Of a stretch of 64,000 nt of DNA, positions 17,800-31,487 are shown piece by piece. The notes below the pieces were generated by a model that was not told where the DNA came from, ran no database searches, and worked only from the letters and a program-made list of their open reading frames with translations. Every line of letters begins with the position of its first letter. Position 1 is the first letter of the stretch. This DNA is from the human T2T-CHM13v2.0 reference genome, Homo sapiens, in assembly GCF_009914755.1 (NCBI RefSeq), contig NC_060925.1; one strand, written 5' to 3'. The position numbers and the translations under genes were made by a program.

Positions 17800-18115
17800 G
17801 CTGGAAAGCAGTTTGAAATACTGAATAGGTCTCAACGAGAATGTGAGGTTTCAGTAAAGACTTGAGGAAGTTGAATGAGCTCATCAATGGATATATGGAG
17901 GGCTATCTTTCCAAGCTAAGAAATTAACTAGAGTCTTGGTCATAAGGCAGCAGCATGTTGGCATGTCCAGAGGACAGTGAGGTGGCCAGGACCACTGGTA
18001 AGTTCAAGGGTGAAGACATAAAAGAATTTTGGCGGTTAACATGCGGCAGATCATGATGGGCTTGCAGACCATTGTAAGAATTGTGTATTTTAATGTAACT
18101 GAAATGGGGAGACAA
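17800..18115. mobile_element. L2 fragment
   Basis: ggcagatcatgatgggcttgcagaccattgtaagaa...gaaatggg, typical of an L2 3' region. Confidence 0.55.
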
Positions 18116-19454
18116 ATCACTATCCCATTATCCATATTTTAATAAATTGGATACATGAACCAAATCCAATGAGATTAAACCAATTAGTAATAATATGCAA
18201 ATTTGTATTAAAATTACCAGAATTCCTTGCACATTTGAGAACAGGAGAGTCATGATTGTTTATCAGCAATAGTAAACTATTAATTTTAATTGTCATCAGC
18301 TAATTCAGATTAATTGCAATACATCATGCTTTATAATGTGACTTTCAAAAGGAAAATATGATTGTAATCTTATACTACATCTATCAATGTCTTTGATTTA
18401 TAGGACTATAGACTAAGCCCCTAGTTTTCAAAGCCAACTGATGAGGCAGCTACATCTTATGCAAGTTTGCTGCTTTCTGCCACAGTAGTCGTTGGTTAGC
18501 TGGCACAAATTGTTTTACAACACCACTAGGTCTAAAAAAAGTTTGGATCACAATGAACACAGAATCACCTTCATCCCTTCAGAAATACCTATCAATTAGT
18601 TCCAATACAGAATGAAAAACTGACAACGGAAGTATGTTGATTGTAAAAATGTCAGATAGCTTGCATCTACATGAAAGAAAAATGCCATTTTTATTATAAT
18701 AGATCATTGTTTTACATGAGTTTTGGTATAGCACAATGTTGAACCAGGGGCAGAGAGAGATGAATTAATGAAGTCTTAAGATATCAAGAATTTGAAAGAA
18801 AAGGCAGGTCACTTTGAAGGTTAGTGACGTAGCATTCATCTTCTGTTGTCACGTTTTCCGTCATTCCCTGTATGCCTGATGGACAGCTTTCACTGAAGTT
18901 CAGAGAGCAGCATGCAAAGATTAGCTACCAACTAATTTTTATGAAGTGAGCTTAATTTCTAGCCAGACTGAGCTTACGTTTTAGCAGGAAGCATTTTTGG
19001 GAAATGTTTATGTTAGAGTTGGCCCTTCTTGACAAGGTGAGACATAAATGTCTACTTTATAGACATGAATTAAGATGGGAAGATATTTGGGGGAAACATG
19101 TTCTCAAATGCTAAATAACAAAGGTACACAAAGTGGAAATTACACTAGATTTATTTCCCACTTGTTTTCTATGTCTCATGCAATTCACCTTGATTCCCTT
19201 CCGTTTCTGTTTAATGTAGAAAGTGGCATTTTCATTATTTTAAGCTTCTAGCACAATGAATTTCTTTTTTTCATAAACTGCATCATAAATGAAAGGGAGG
19301 AAGAGTGTTCAATATCATATTTATTGTTCAACAAAACACTGCTCCACTGCTTAAATTCAGTTTAAAAAAGAGAATTTATTGAACATCTAACACATACATA
19401 AAAGGCAGTAAAGACACATGAGACGAGGGCAGGATATTGAAGTATACAGACTTT

Positions 19455-20486
<1,032 letters not shown>

Positions 20487-20827
20487 TAGTAAGTTACTGC
20501 ACCTTACAGAGACTCAATTTCCCCTGATTTAGGAAGGCGATGCTAATGGGTATTGCATAGGTGTAAGTATAAAAATGTTGTATTTAAGAGAATCCCACAA
20601 GCTTGGTATAAGGCAGAAAATAAATAGATGTGACATTAATGAGTAGTTTATTACATTTGTATGCTACCTGCAGACTAGAGGAAGCAAGAAACACAGCCAC
20701 TATACTTCATTAGCATTATATTCTAATTTGGAATATAAATAGAAAAGAGAAACATAGAAAGCTATGCATAAACACATGCATTAAAATGAATTTTATGGGG
20801 ACTCTTTCAGGAAAATGTTCCTAAGGT

Positions 20828-21480
20828 ATTTTATTTTTTTATTGTGGTAAAATACACATAACATAAAATGTACTCTGTTAACCATTTTAAGTGTACAGTT
20901 CAGTGGTACGAAACAGTCATAACATTGTGCAGCCATCCCTACCATCCATCTCCATAACTCGTTTCATCTTGTGAAACTGAAACTCTATACCCATTAAACA
21001 GTACTTCCCCATGTCTTCCTCCCCCCCATCTTCTGACAATCATCATTGTACTATCTCTGTGATTCTGTCCACTTTAAGTCTCTTATACAAATGGAATTAT
21101 ACGGTATTTGTCCTTCACTGACTAACTTATTTCACTTGGCATAATGTCCTCAAGTTTCATCCAAGTTGCAACATATGTCAGAATATTTCCCTCATGTTTA
21201 AGGCTGAATAATTTTCCATTGTATGTATATATCATGTTTTGCTTATCCATTCATCTGTGGTTGGACACTTCAATTGCTTCTACGTTTTAGCTATTGCTAA
21301 TAATGCTGCTGCAAACATGGATGTGCAAATATTTTTTCAAGACTCTGCTTTCAATTCTTTTGCTATCTTCAGATGTGGGGCTGCCAAATCATAAGGCAAT
21401 ACCATTTGGATGTTTTGAGGAACTACCATACTCTTTTCCACAGCAAACATAGGGTTTGGCATTCCCTCCAATATTGCAAA
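20828..21480 (-). mobile_element. L1MB 3' end
   Basis: ttttattgtggtaaaatacacataacataaaa...ttaagtgtacagttcagtgg...aaactgaaactctatacccattaaac. Confidence 0.8.
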
Positions 21481-24400
21481 AGGAATCGCCACATCCTTGC
21501 CTGTGGATTTTATTCACAAGTCCTGTGGCTCTCTTTACATCCTAGCCACCATATGTTATTTCCTGTTTATATATATGACATCAAAGGTGCAGGCAGTAAT
21601 GAACTAAATTGGAAGGATAAACATGTAGAAAAATAGAGGTAAATACTGACTACATAAAACCATAAGAATAAGAATTTTGGATGATCTATCTATTATATAT
21701 CTATTTATCTAACATCTATCTGTTCCTCCATCTGTAATTAAAATATATTACAATTAGAGAACAGAGAAAAAAGTAGGAATACATGAATTTAAATTTTAAT
21801 TCTTACATTGTCTCACAGCATCATTATATGACAGAAAATGTATAGGTCAGTATCTGCTAACTATAAATGTAACATTTTTAAAGTATTCAAATACATTGAA
21901 TTGCAGCATGAATAACATATTACAATCCATTCAAGTTTATTTTATTCGGGAACACAAAAATACAAATTTCATTTGCCATTCAAGAAAAACAGAAATCGAT
22001 ACATATGATTGATGTATATATACATTTAATGTATTTTTAAATATACATTTTTAAAAAATAAAATTTTTCTAGGACAACTACTTAAAATATCACTGGAAAT
22101 AGTGTTATTAGATAATACCTTCCTAATAACTCTGGTATTACATAAGAAAACGAAATTAAAATTTCAGATAAGCTTAGAAACTAAAAATTTTAAAAATATT
22201 ATTCTGTTCTCCATATGTTCATATTTAATATTATTTCTTGTTTTCATTCTTCTTCAGTGTTGCTCTACTAAAATATAACATACAATAGTTACTTTTGATT
22301 TCTGTTCTTATTACTCAAAATTGTATACATTTTCTCATGCTCTTAATTTAGCTATGCTACTTTTCTATACTCCTGGAATTTTCACATTTGTGTTCACTCT
22401 CTTTTGAGTACCCATAGTATCAAATAAGCTTTTTGCCCTCTTTCTGATTTGAAGGTTCATCTTCTCATAATTATTTTGTCCACTCAGTTTCTTTTCATTC
22501 TCACTTAAGTGCCTCTCATCTGGCTTCTTTTCGTTTCTAAGGTTTCCTTTCATCTTAAGCCAGTCTTTTATTTATATTTTGATTCTGTTTCTTGGAGGAC
22601 ATGCATCCTGGGATTTTAAGGAAGAGGCCAAAAGGTTTGTTCAAGTTTTTTCCTGATACATTGGATTAAATAACCTAATGTACACACCCTTAATTTAAGT
22701 CTAGGGGCGACTGTCTACTCTCGTTTTTGTATAGTATTATTTTTCTTAACATCCAAGTCCATCTTCATCTATTTGTATATGATCAATAAAAATATATTTG
22801 TCTAGAGCCCTGCTTTGGTGGAGTTACTTCTTTCTAAGTAGGAGAGGTAGCAGTTGAGACATGAGCTGGGTTCTGGGTCAGTTTAGAGGGCTGGGCGACA
22901 TTCCTCCTTTTGGTCTGTATGACTGAATGAATGCGGTTCTTGCTGTCTCGCTCCTCTCCTTAACACATTGAGCCATTGCAGCAGATGAGAAGGAATAATC
23001 CTGATCTGCCATTCAGGTGGAACACTTGTTCTCTCCAACCACATCCATAGGTTGTACTCACACTCGGCCAGAATGTATCCTGTCAATGATATGGAGATGT
23101 ATCTAGCTATCTAGATAGATATCTACTTTGGTTTATGCTCTCTGGTTGCCTGTAAATTATCTCCTTAAAGTGAATATCAAAAGAGAGCTTGGTGATGGCA
23201 GTGTTATAAAATCCTCAAAATGCAGCACCCACACCCAGAGGAATTTGTAGATTCTGGGATTCTAATTCAGATACCAAACTATATAAAAGGGGCATTGGTC
23301 ATTGAGGGTTGCTAGGCTCTTTGTGGAGCATATTTGCTCTTTTCATGACTTTGAAATTATTTTAAAAATCTAACCTTTTTCTCGGTGTGCTGCAAGATGA
23401 TTTGATTTTAATGCACAAGCACTAATTCTCCCCTAAGATTTGTACAATATATTTGCTCTGACAAGCCATAGCCAGAAACTCACTTCACAGCAATTTATAG
23501 CATTTCCACCACAATTTGAATTATTTTTAACTAGAATCTCTTTGCCTTAATAAAAATATGACGAAGCAATATACTTGTTCTAGTTAGGTTCAAAAGTTGG
23601 CAGTCTCTCTCCTGGAAAGAATAATAAAACTTTTCAGCGGCCTAATATGCATCTACAGACACACACACATGCAAGCACTATTCATAATATTTAAAACACA
23701 TTCTGTTCTATGACTTCATTTGTCTAGCACAAAATAAAACGATCTCAGTATATGTCAAGTACCAATTGTTTCGTATGGCCAATTATAGGTATTTTATTTT
23801 TTAAAGAATAGAGTGTTCTTGAAGCTCTTTCTATTTCTTTGTCAATGAACTAAACATTGGCAAATATGTAGGGTTTCCCACATAAGAACATTATTAACAT
23901 CAAAATAGAAAGCTGGTGGTAGAAATAATGATTGGGAACACGGAGTCTCTACTCAGAGTTCTACTTCTGCCATACCATAACTTTGTGATCTCACGAAATA
24001 TCTCTCCATGTTCTCATCCCTATGTATAGTTCTGTCATTTTTCAATAAGAGCTTTTTGCTTAATTATGAAGTACTAGTTACTATAACCATTATTTTGAGC
24101 TTCATGTAAATCAAGAACACATGGACTCCACTTGCAAAACATTGAAAATGTAGTTAGGGATTGGGGGCACAAAGCAACATTTTAAAATGTGTAAAGACAA
24201 TGAGTAAGCAACAAAGTGTCCAATTTTTTAAGCGATAGTTGCATACGTCAAGAAAAGGCAGGATTAAGTAACAGAGAATTTGAATGATAACTGGCCAATT
24301 GGTGTCGTTTACAATTGCAAGTCATACAAATGAAGTTTGCTTTTTTAAAGAGAAAAGGAGTTAGTTAGAATGGGTCAACCTATTGGGGAAGCAATGTAGT

Positions 24401-25426
24401 TAGAGACAATGCCCAAAACCATGTGAGCAAATGCTCTGTAGAGCGCACCCCTGCAATTCTGTCATTGTGAGGCCAAGTCTCTCCTTGTCTTGGTACTGAG
24501 CCCTCCATTCTGCCTCCATCATTGCCACTGTAGCTGCCACAAAATGATCCCTCAACCACCGCCGCCCAGGAACAAAGAAAGAATTCTGTCCTTCCACACT
24601 CTCAGATCAATTTCCAACATCAGGTGAGACTTTGATGGGCACTATTCAGTTCCCATATCCCTGAAATAGATGCGGTAAAAACATAGAAATTGCCTATGTG
24701 TTTCCCAATAAGACACATATGGAAGCCTGTTTTCCCACAACAGGAAGGGGTTTCCACGATGGGTGCTCAAAAGAACAATATTCCCTGTAAACCATACTTT
24801 GCCCATATGAAGAAGAGCAATAAGGATTATTTAGTAAATAGACATGGAAACTCATCCAGGGTTGGCTGATGAGAAGCTGGTTAGCAAGGGGGTCTGCCTT
24901 CAGTTAGGACAAGGTCTGTGCTTCCCACGGGTTCTCTCCACAGCAGGAGGGATGCAAACTTCCCTTTCCTCCCCTGCACCTATCCTCAAATGGCCCAGAG
25001 GTCTTCAGGTGCTAGAATTTCTCAATGAATGCTGCACAAAATAACAGACAGCCTTGACTGTCACTGTCTGTTCTCATGAAGCTAGTCTCTGCTTACTACA
25101 TAAAACAGAAGAGTAAGAACAAGGGTGTGAAACACTACCCTAGCTCAAACAAGTGTCTCTCTGTAGGATGCCAAGATCCTGGGAACCAGTGCATCTGCTG
25201 CTTTCCCTTCTCGGATTCTAGCCCAGACACAAGAGGCAAGGGGCATTTCTTCAGAGGCCTTGAGCTTCACTACACAATGCCCCAGGCTCTACATGCACCC
25301 TCTTTATATATTTCTACCTTGAAATAAAATTTTATATAATAACATATATTTTTATATAAGGAACACATATGTTTATTTTATAGATAGATATACATAGATA
25401 AAGATCTCTAGTCTGCCTTTTTGAAG

Positions 25427-25722
25427 GCTGGGCTGATCGCGGTTCCCCAAAACTATAATCCCAGCACTTTGGGATGCCAAGGTGGCCAGATCTCTTGAGT
25501 CCAGGAGATGGAGATCAGCCAGGGCAACATGGTGAAACCCCATCTTTACAAAAATTAGCTAGTATGGTGTCATGCAATTGCAGTCCCTGCTACTCAGGAG
25601 ACTGAGGTGGGAGAATCACTTGAGCACAGTATGTGAAGGCTTCAGTGAGCTTTGATCACATGACTGCACTCCATCTTGGGTGACAAAGTGAGACACTCTC
25701 TCAAAATAAAATAAAATAAAAA
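25427..25722 (+). mobile_element. AluJ
   Basis: Diverged full dimer (cttgagtccaggag, gcttcagtgagc) with an (AAAAT)n tail. Confidence 0.85.
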
Positions 25723-26754
25723 GGCTACCACCATACTCACAGATAAGTGTGTCAGGTATATTTGCAGCTATCTTTCCTATATTCTATTTGGTAAAAAAAA
25801 AATTGCAAAGAACTCTTCTCATTCTAGATTTTTGTATTAATTAGACATTTGAAGTTTATAGCAGAAGAGCTATAATCATGTTTGGTATGTGTGATCTATA
25901 GACCAGATAGTGAAAGCATATATCAATGCTTTTTAAAAGTATATAAGGTTATTAGAAATATTTTAAACTACCTATAGGTATATATGTATCTAATTCAACT
26001 ATCAAATCAAGTAAGATCACTTCCTTAGCGTGTGAAATGCACTCAATTAAAATATTTTCTAATGTCTATTACAATAATATTTCTTAATTAGCTAACATAA
26101 GAGGAGTTTTAAGACATTTATTTATATGTACTTACTAGATTCAAACTCGATTCCACTATTTTGAGAAATCATGCTCCGGGACAAGTCCTTTTTTTATCTA
26201 ACTCTGTTTCTACCTATATTAAAAGACAGATATGGCAATTTTGCTAATCATGCTGTTCCAAAACTCTCCATCCTATTTTTCGGTTTGTTCTACCAGTCAT
26301 TCAGAGACTTACTTATATTCAAATTTCTCTCTAGGTTTAACATTTGTGTATGTCTTCTTGTGTTTTTGTCTATTTTTGCTGTATATAATTTAAGACATTT
26401 ATTGACATATATCATACATGCAGAAAAGTACAATGATTAAATATGGATAGCTTCATTAATGAAACACATGTATTTGCTTATAACCATGTATGAAAATAGA
26501 ACATTACTAAAAATAGAGATACTTCTCCTGCCCCTTTCCAAACACTAACCCTCATCCTCAATAGTATCAGATTTTTTTTATCATAGAGTAATTTGGTCTA
26601 TTTTCAAATTTTTATTAAATAAATCAGAGTATCTACTCTAAGTCTATGTTTCTTTCATTGTTGTTATTTTGCTTATAGTATTTATCTGCTAATGGACATG
26701 GTAGATTAAAGAAGGCTACATACACATTTTTTAATTAATAGATTTTTTGAGCAC

Positions 26755-26884
26755 TTTGTGGCTCATGCCTCTAATCCCACCACTTTGGGAGGCTGAGGTG
26801 CGTGGATCATGAGGTCAGGAGATCGAGACCATCCTGGCCAACGTGGTAAAACCCCTTCTCTACTAAAATACAAAAAATTAGCTG
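26755..26884 (+). mobile_element. AluS/Y left monomer truncated after ...aaaaaattagctg
   Basis: Alu sequence stops just after the middle A-linker and changes abruptly to non-Alu sequence. Confidence 0.85.
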
Positions 26885-27030
26885 ATAGATAACATCAAGA
26901 TAACATGTGGGTTCTTAGCTACACTGAGTCAAGCCTACTTACATCTTTGTTTGTCTTCCTCTGCACTTTTCCTTCCACATCACACTCCAGGAATGCCAAG
27001 CTGTGCTGGCCTTCTACCCCATTTCCACTA

Positions 27031-28326
27031 TTTTGCCCCCGCCGACGCGGCTTTTTGCCGTCGTGGATTTGTGACCCCACCGCTGCGGGTTTTTGCGGCT
27101 TTATGCCCCCGCCGCCGTTGCTTTCTGCCCCCGGCCTCGCGGAATTTAGCCCCTGCCGCCGCGGCTTTTGGGGCTCTTTGCCCTCGCCGCCGAGGCTTTT
27201 TGCCGCTGCAGCTTTTTGCCTCTTTCTCCCCCCGCCGCTGCGGCTTTTTGCCCCTGAAGCCACGGATTTTTGCCCTAGCTGACGCGGCTTTTTGCGGCTT
27301 TTTCCCCCTGCTGCCGCAGCTTTTTGCCCCCGCCACCGCAAATTTTTCCGCCGCGGCTTTTTGTCACCGCCGCCGCAGGTTTTTCCCGCCGTGGCTTCTT
27401 GCCTTGCCGCCCCGGCTTTTTACGGCTTTTTGCCGCCGCGGCTTTTGGCCCCCGCCACCGCGGCTTTTTACGCCTTTTCGCCCCCGCTGCCGCGGCTTTT
27501 TTCCCCCTCCGCCGCAGGTTTTTCCAGCCGCGGCTTCTTGCCCCCACTGCCCGGGCTTTTTGTGTCGTTTTGCCCCCGCCGCCGCGACTTTTTGCTGCTA
27601 TTTTCCCCTGCCACCGCAGCTTTTTGCCCCCGCTGCCGCGGCTCCTTGCCCCGTACGCGGCTTCCTGCCCCGCCGCCACGGCTTTTTATCACCCCAGCCA
27701 CTTTTTGCCCCCGCCGCCACGGGTTTTTGCTCCTGCCGCCGACGGTTTTTGCGCCTTCATGTCCCCGCCGTCGTGGCTTTTTGCCGCCCCTGCTTTTTGC
27801 CCCCTCTGTCGCGACTTTTTGCGGCTTTTTACCCACTCCGCTGCGGCTTCTTGAGGCTTTTTGCCCCCGACGCCGCGGCTTTTTGCCGCCGCCGCACCGT
27901 TTTGCCCCCGCCGCCGCATCTTTTTGCCGCCGCGGCTTCTTACCCCGCCACCGTGGTTTTTGTCCCCGCCGTCGCGGCTTTCTTACCCCGATGCTGTGGC
28001 TTTTTACGGCTTTTTGCCCCCGTCACCGCATCTTTTTGCCCCCGCCACCGCAGCTTTTTGTCGCCGTGGCTGTTTGCCTCGGCCGCCCTGGCTTGTTGCC
28101 CCCGCCGCTGTGGATTGTTGCCCCCGTCGCCCCGGCTTTTGGACCCCACCGTTGCGGCTTTTTGCGCCCGCCGCCGCGGCTTTTTGCCCCCGCCGCCGCG
28201 GCTTTTTGCCCCCGTCACCGCGGCTTTTTCCCCGCCGTCGCGGCTTTTTACTCCCGCCGCCACAGGTTTTTACCCCTGCGGCTTTTTCACCCCGCCGTCG
28301 CGTGTTTTTGCCCCCACCGCCGCGGG
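27031..28326. repeat. GC-rich tandem array of about 22 bp CCCCCGCCGCCGCGGCTTTTTG units with about 10 bp CGGCTTTTTG sub-units (pericentromeric GCTTTTTGC/CAAAAAGC-type repeat)
   Basis: Units directly visible throughout. This repeat type is known from hominoid pericentromeric duplication boundaries. Confidence 0.9.
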
Positions 28327-28477
28327 TCTGAGGGCGGGATCAGCAGACTCAGCTTCCAGATCTACCTGCGTCCTGGCTAAGGCAGCGCCGAGGGTCACTC
28401 CTGGTCCAGCTCTCCCGGTTCGGGGGTTCCTTGCCTAGACACCCGCGCCCCAGGCTCTGTTCCTGGGCAGCTGCAGC
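28327..28477 (+). promoter_or_regulatory. GC-rich presumed KSR1-derived 5'UTR / CpG-island remnant
   Basis: Unique GC-rich sequence between the tandem array and the pseudo-exon. Origin inferred from position. Confidence 0.55.
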
Positions 28478-28708
28478 CAGCATAGAGCTGCACTGCGCTC
28501 GGCCCCGATGGGAGAGAAGAAGGAGAGCGGTGGAGGGGGTGACGCGGCTATCGCGGAGGGAGGCCCAGGGGCCGCAGCCAGCCGGGTGCTGCAGCAGTGA
28601 GGACAGCTTCAGAAGCTCATCGGCATCTCCCTTGGCAGCCTGCGGGGGCTGCGCACCAAGTGCGCTGTGTCCAAGGACCTCACCCAGCAGGAGATACAGA
28701 CCGTGCAG
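28478..28708 (+). pseudogene. KSR1: Unprocessed KSR1 (kinase suppressor of Ras 1) exon 1 pseudo-exon, KSR1P-type
   Basis: Manual translation gives [76 protein letters not shown], against KSR1 [77 protein letters not shown] as recalled. In-frame TGA at 28598-600. Intact phase-0 donor CAG|GTAAGG at 28708/9. Confidence 0.92.
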
Positions 28709-29004
28709 GTAAGGGGATCGGGGACCAGGGCTGGGCTCCAGCACCGGGCTGGACATCTCCCTCTGGGCCCAAGTTAACTCCTGGCCGAGTTGCATCCTTG
28801 AGCCCGCGTCACCCCCTTGGAGGCTTCTCCTCCCTTCTGCACTGGCTGATGCGGCAGCCGGAGGACCCGAGACCAGCCCTCACCTTGGGCAGGATTTGTG
28901 GGGTGGGTGCGTGTTGGGAACTGTGATGGAGGCTCAAGGGGCCCGTGGGAGGGGTGGGCTGCGTGCGGACATCCCCTTACGCCCCGAATTTCCATCTGGT
29001 GCAG

Positions 29005-29130
29005 CCTTCTCATCTTGTAGGTGAGGAAACCGAAGGCCTGAGGGAGAAAGGACTTGCCAGGAACCCCTGTTAGGGAAAATTAACAAAGTGTGGTTATCAA
29101 AGGAGAACTGAGTTCAGATTCAGACCTGGA
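29005..29130 (-). mobile_element. MIR fragment
   Basis: ctcatcttgtaggtgaggaaaccgaaggc...gacttgcc core. Confidence 0.55.
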
Positions 29131-29532
29131 GTCCCACACCCTTGGTTGAGACATTATATCACCTTGAGTCTGGCCTGTTGACTGAGGGTGAGGCACTCCA
29201 TCCTCGTCTGATTGTGGGGTCTTGACCTCAAGGGGTTTCCTGCAGGAAGAAGCAAATGGGTTTGCTTTCCTACCTCTGTCCAGTACTTTAGGGACCCTGA
29301 GAACTGGAGAGATTCTTGGAGAGCCATCTGGTGTATGTCATGGGTGGGCCTTGTTTGAAGGTCAGTCTGCCCAGTGGGCTGGCTCAGCCCGAATGAACTG
29401 TCTTGAATCTTTGGAGACGTCTGGGTAGTTTTAAGGGTTTCTCATCCTTGCACCAAAAGATCCCCTGGAAATTACGTGGGAAAACCTTAACTTTTGTGGA
29501 GCCTTGTATTTGTCTTAAAAGTTCATGCACAT

Positions 29533-29795
29533 AGCCATGTGTGGTGGTTCACGCCTGTTGTCCTGTCCTGGATCCCTTGAGTCAAGGAGTTTGAGACCAA
29601 CCTGGACAATATAATGAGACCCCATCTCTACAAAAAATAAAATATTAGCAAGGAGTGGTTGTGCACATCTGTAGTCCTAGCTACTACTGTGGCTGAGGCG
29701 GGAGGAGCACTTGAGCCTGCACTGAGCTGTGATCTCACCAGTGTATTCCAGCCTGGGCCACAGAGCAACACCTTGATTCAAAAAAAAAAAAAAAC
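29533..29795 (+). mobile_element. AluJ with internal deletions
   Basis: Diverged Alu with A-tail. Confidence 0.8.
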
Positions 29796-29915
29796 CAACA
29801 AGAAAAATTCTTGAAGATTTTGCATTCTGTCCCACTATCCATTGGTTTTCATGTCAAGATAATGTTAGAAATTCTTTACAGTTGCTTCCAGAAGGAGTAG
29901 CCTTTTGATCTAGTG

Positions 29916-30106
29916 CACAGGTGTCCAGTCTTTTGGCTTCTCAGGGCCACATTGGAAGAAGAATGCTCCTGGGCCACAGATAAAATACACTACTGCTCAT
30001 GATAGCTGATGAGCTTAAAAAAAAAAGGTTTGTGCATAATTTTCATGATACCCACCACCACAGATAGGAGGAAAAGTCCTTGTAGTCAAAGGGTTGGACA
30101 CGGCTG
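29916..30106 (+). mobile_element. MER30 (hAT-Charlie)
   Basis: ggtgtccagtcttttggcttc...gggccacattggaagaagaa...ggttggaca, with a perfect 8 bp TSD ATCTAGTG at 29908-15 and 30107-14. Confidence 0.85.
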
Positions 30107-30471
30107 ATCTAGTGTCTTGTCGTCCGTTTTGGCTTTCTCCCTGACTCCAGAATGCAGGTAGAGATGTAGAGACATGCTCTCAGGACAGCTGTTGAGATAA
30201 AAAAAATTCGTTTTCACTTATTCCTAAGGACAGCTGTTTGCCATTTGCATTGAAAAAGTCTCCATTCAAATTGCTGTCACATATAAAATCTATTGATATG
30301 TCTGTATTTTTCTGTTGTCTTGGCCTTTGTGGGCAGTAGTGTGTTTTAACCGAGCAAACTGTCCTTCCAAATAATGAAGCCGAAGTCAGCCTACCTGCTT
30401 GCAATTTTTCTTCCCCTTCCATTTTTCTAACCTCAGAATAATTGTAAGAATGAATTAAGATTTGTGTTTAA

Positions 30472-30612
30472 GGCCGGGCACAGTGTCTCAGGCCTGTAAT
30501 ATTAGCACTTTGGGAGGCGGAGATGGATGTATCGTTTGATCTCAGGAGTTGAAGACCAGCCTGGGCAACATACTGAGACTCCGTCTTGTATAATTTAATT
30601 AAAAATTTAAAA
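30472..30612 (+). mobile_element. FLAM / Alu monomer
   Basis: ggccgggcacagtg...accagcctgggcaacata, then an AT-rich tail. Confidence 0.75.
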
Positions 30613-31487
30613 AATGAGAGAAAAGGACCTGTGTTTAAAATTTTGAAAAAGGAGGAAAGTTGTAATGCAAAATGTGGACTATGCTAGCTATGATTGGGAA
30701 AAATAATTTTTCATACAGCATTATCTGTTGACTTGTATTAGCAGAATACTGGTCATAAGCGTTTTGCTTTCCTCAAATATGAGGTAAGCTACTTTAAAGT
30801 GTGGTGGGGCTTTCTTCCGCATGGCTTCTGGAGGTGTTGTGCCCCAATTTAGCCAATTAATTTGGGTTTAGTTTTGATATGGATGAGGGAGACCGGCTTC
30901 ATTCATGATGCACACACAGTTTTGCCAGTAAGGAAAAAAAAAGCCACCTGAATGTTCCTACTCATTATATGCTATCTGGAGAGCTCCTACCCCACCCCCA
31001 CCAAGGCCCGGGCCATTAAAAAGACTCAATGCAGCCTTCCTGTATCTCATACTGTATTCTGCAAGATGCTCCTGTGAAAGAAAGTTGTGCTGCATCAGCC
31101 ATCTCCCTCCTGAAGATCCCTGCGGATGAGGGTTGGTGTTTTAAAGTTTCTCAGAAGTCCTACAACAACAGTTCTCAAACTTGTTTGTCCAGGGGATCTT
31201 TTCTTCCACTAAACGTAGTTGGGGAGACACGGCCTTAAGCCTTGAGCAGAGAAAGAGACAAGAAACTGTTGGCTCACTTACAACCAAGAGTTGTGTTTAT
31301 GTTTTAGGTTTTTATGAAACTGAGGTGCTGTTTGAGGTTCTAAATGAAATTGGGTGGTTGAAGAGAGGCTGGTATCCCTGTAGACTTAGCCAGCCATGAG
31401 AGGTTGAGTTTTGTTGAAGGAGGTGTTTTACAAAGGGAAATAGGGTGTTTTCTGGGCATCGCATTAGCACTTAAATACATGTATCAC

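Noticed and set aside
23200-23530. Repeat-free stretch with the look of a conserved non-coding element
   Set aside because: Cannot be supported without cross-species alignment.
26905-28438. 495, 362, 176 and 156 aa Pro/Arg/Ala/Phe-rich ORFs and their antisense counterparts
   Set aside because: Translations of the GC-rich tandem array. The near absence of A on the + strand removes stop codons in all frames.
28349-29013. Track ORFs overlapping the KSR1 relic (148, 93, 109 and 79 aa)
   Set aside because: Alternative-frame or antisense readings of GC-rich DNA. The meaningful frame is 28,478-28,708 and it is interrupted by TGA.
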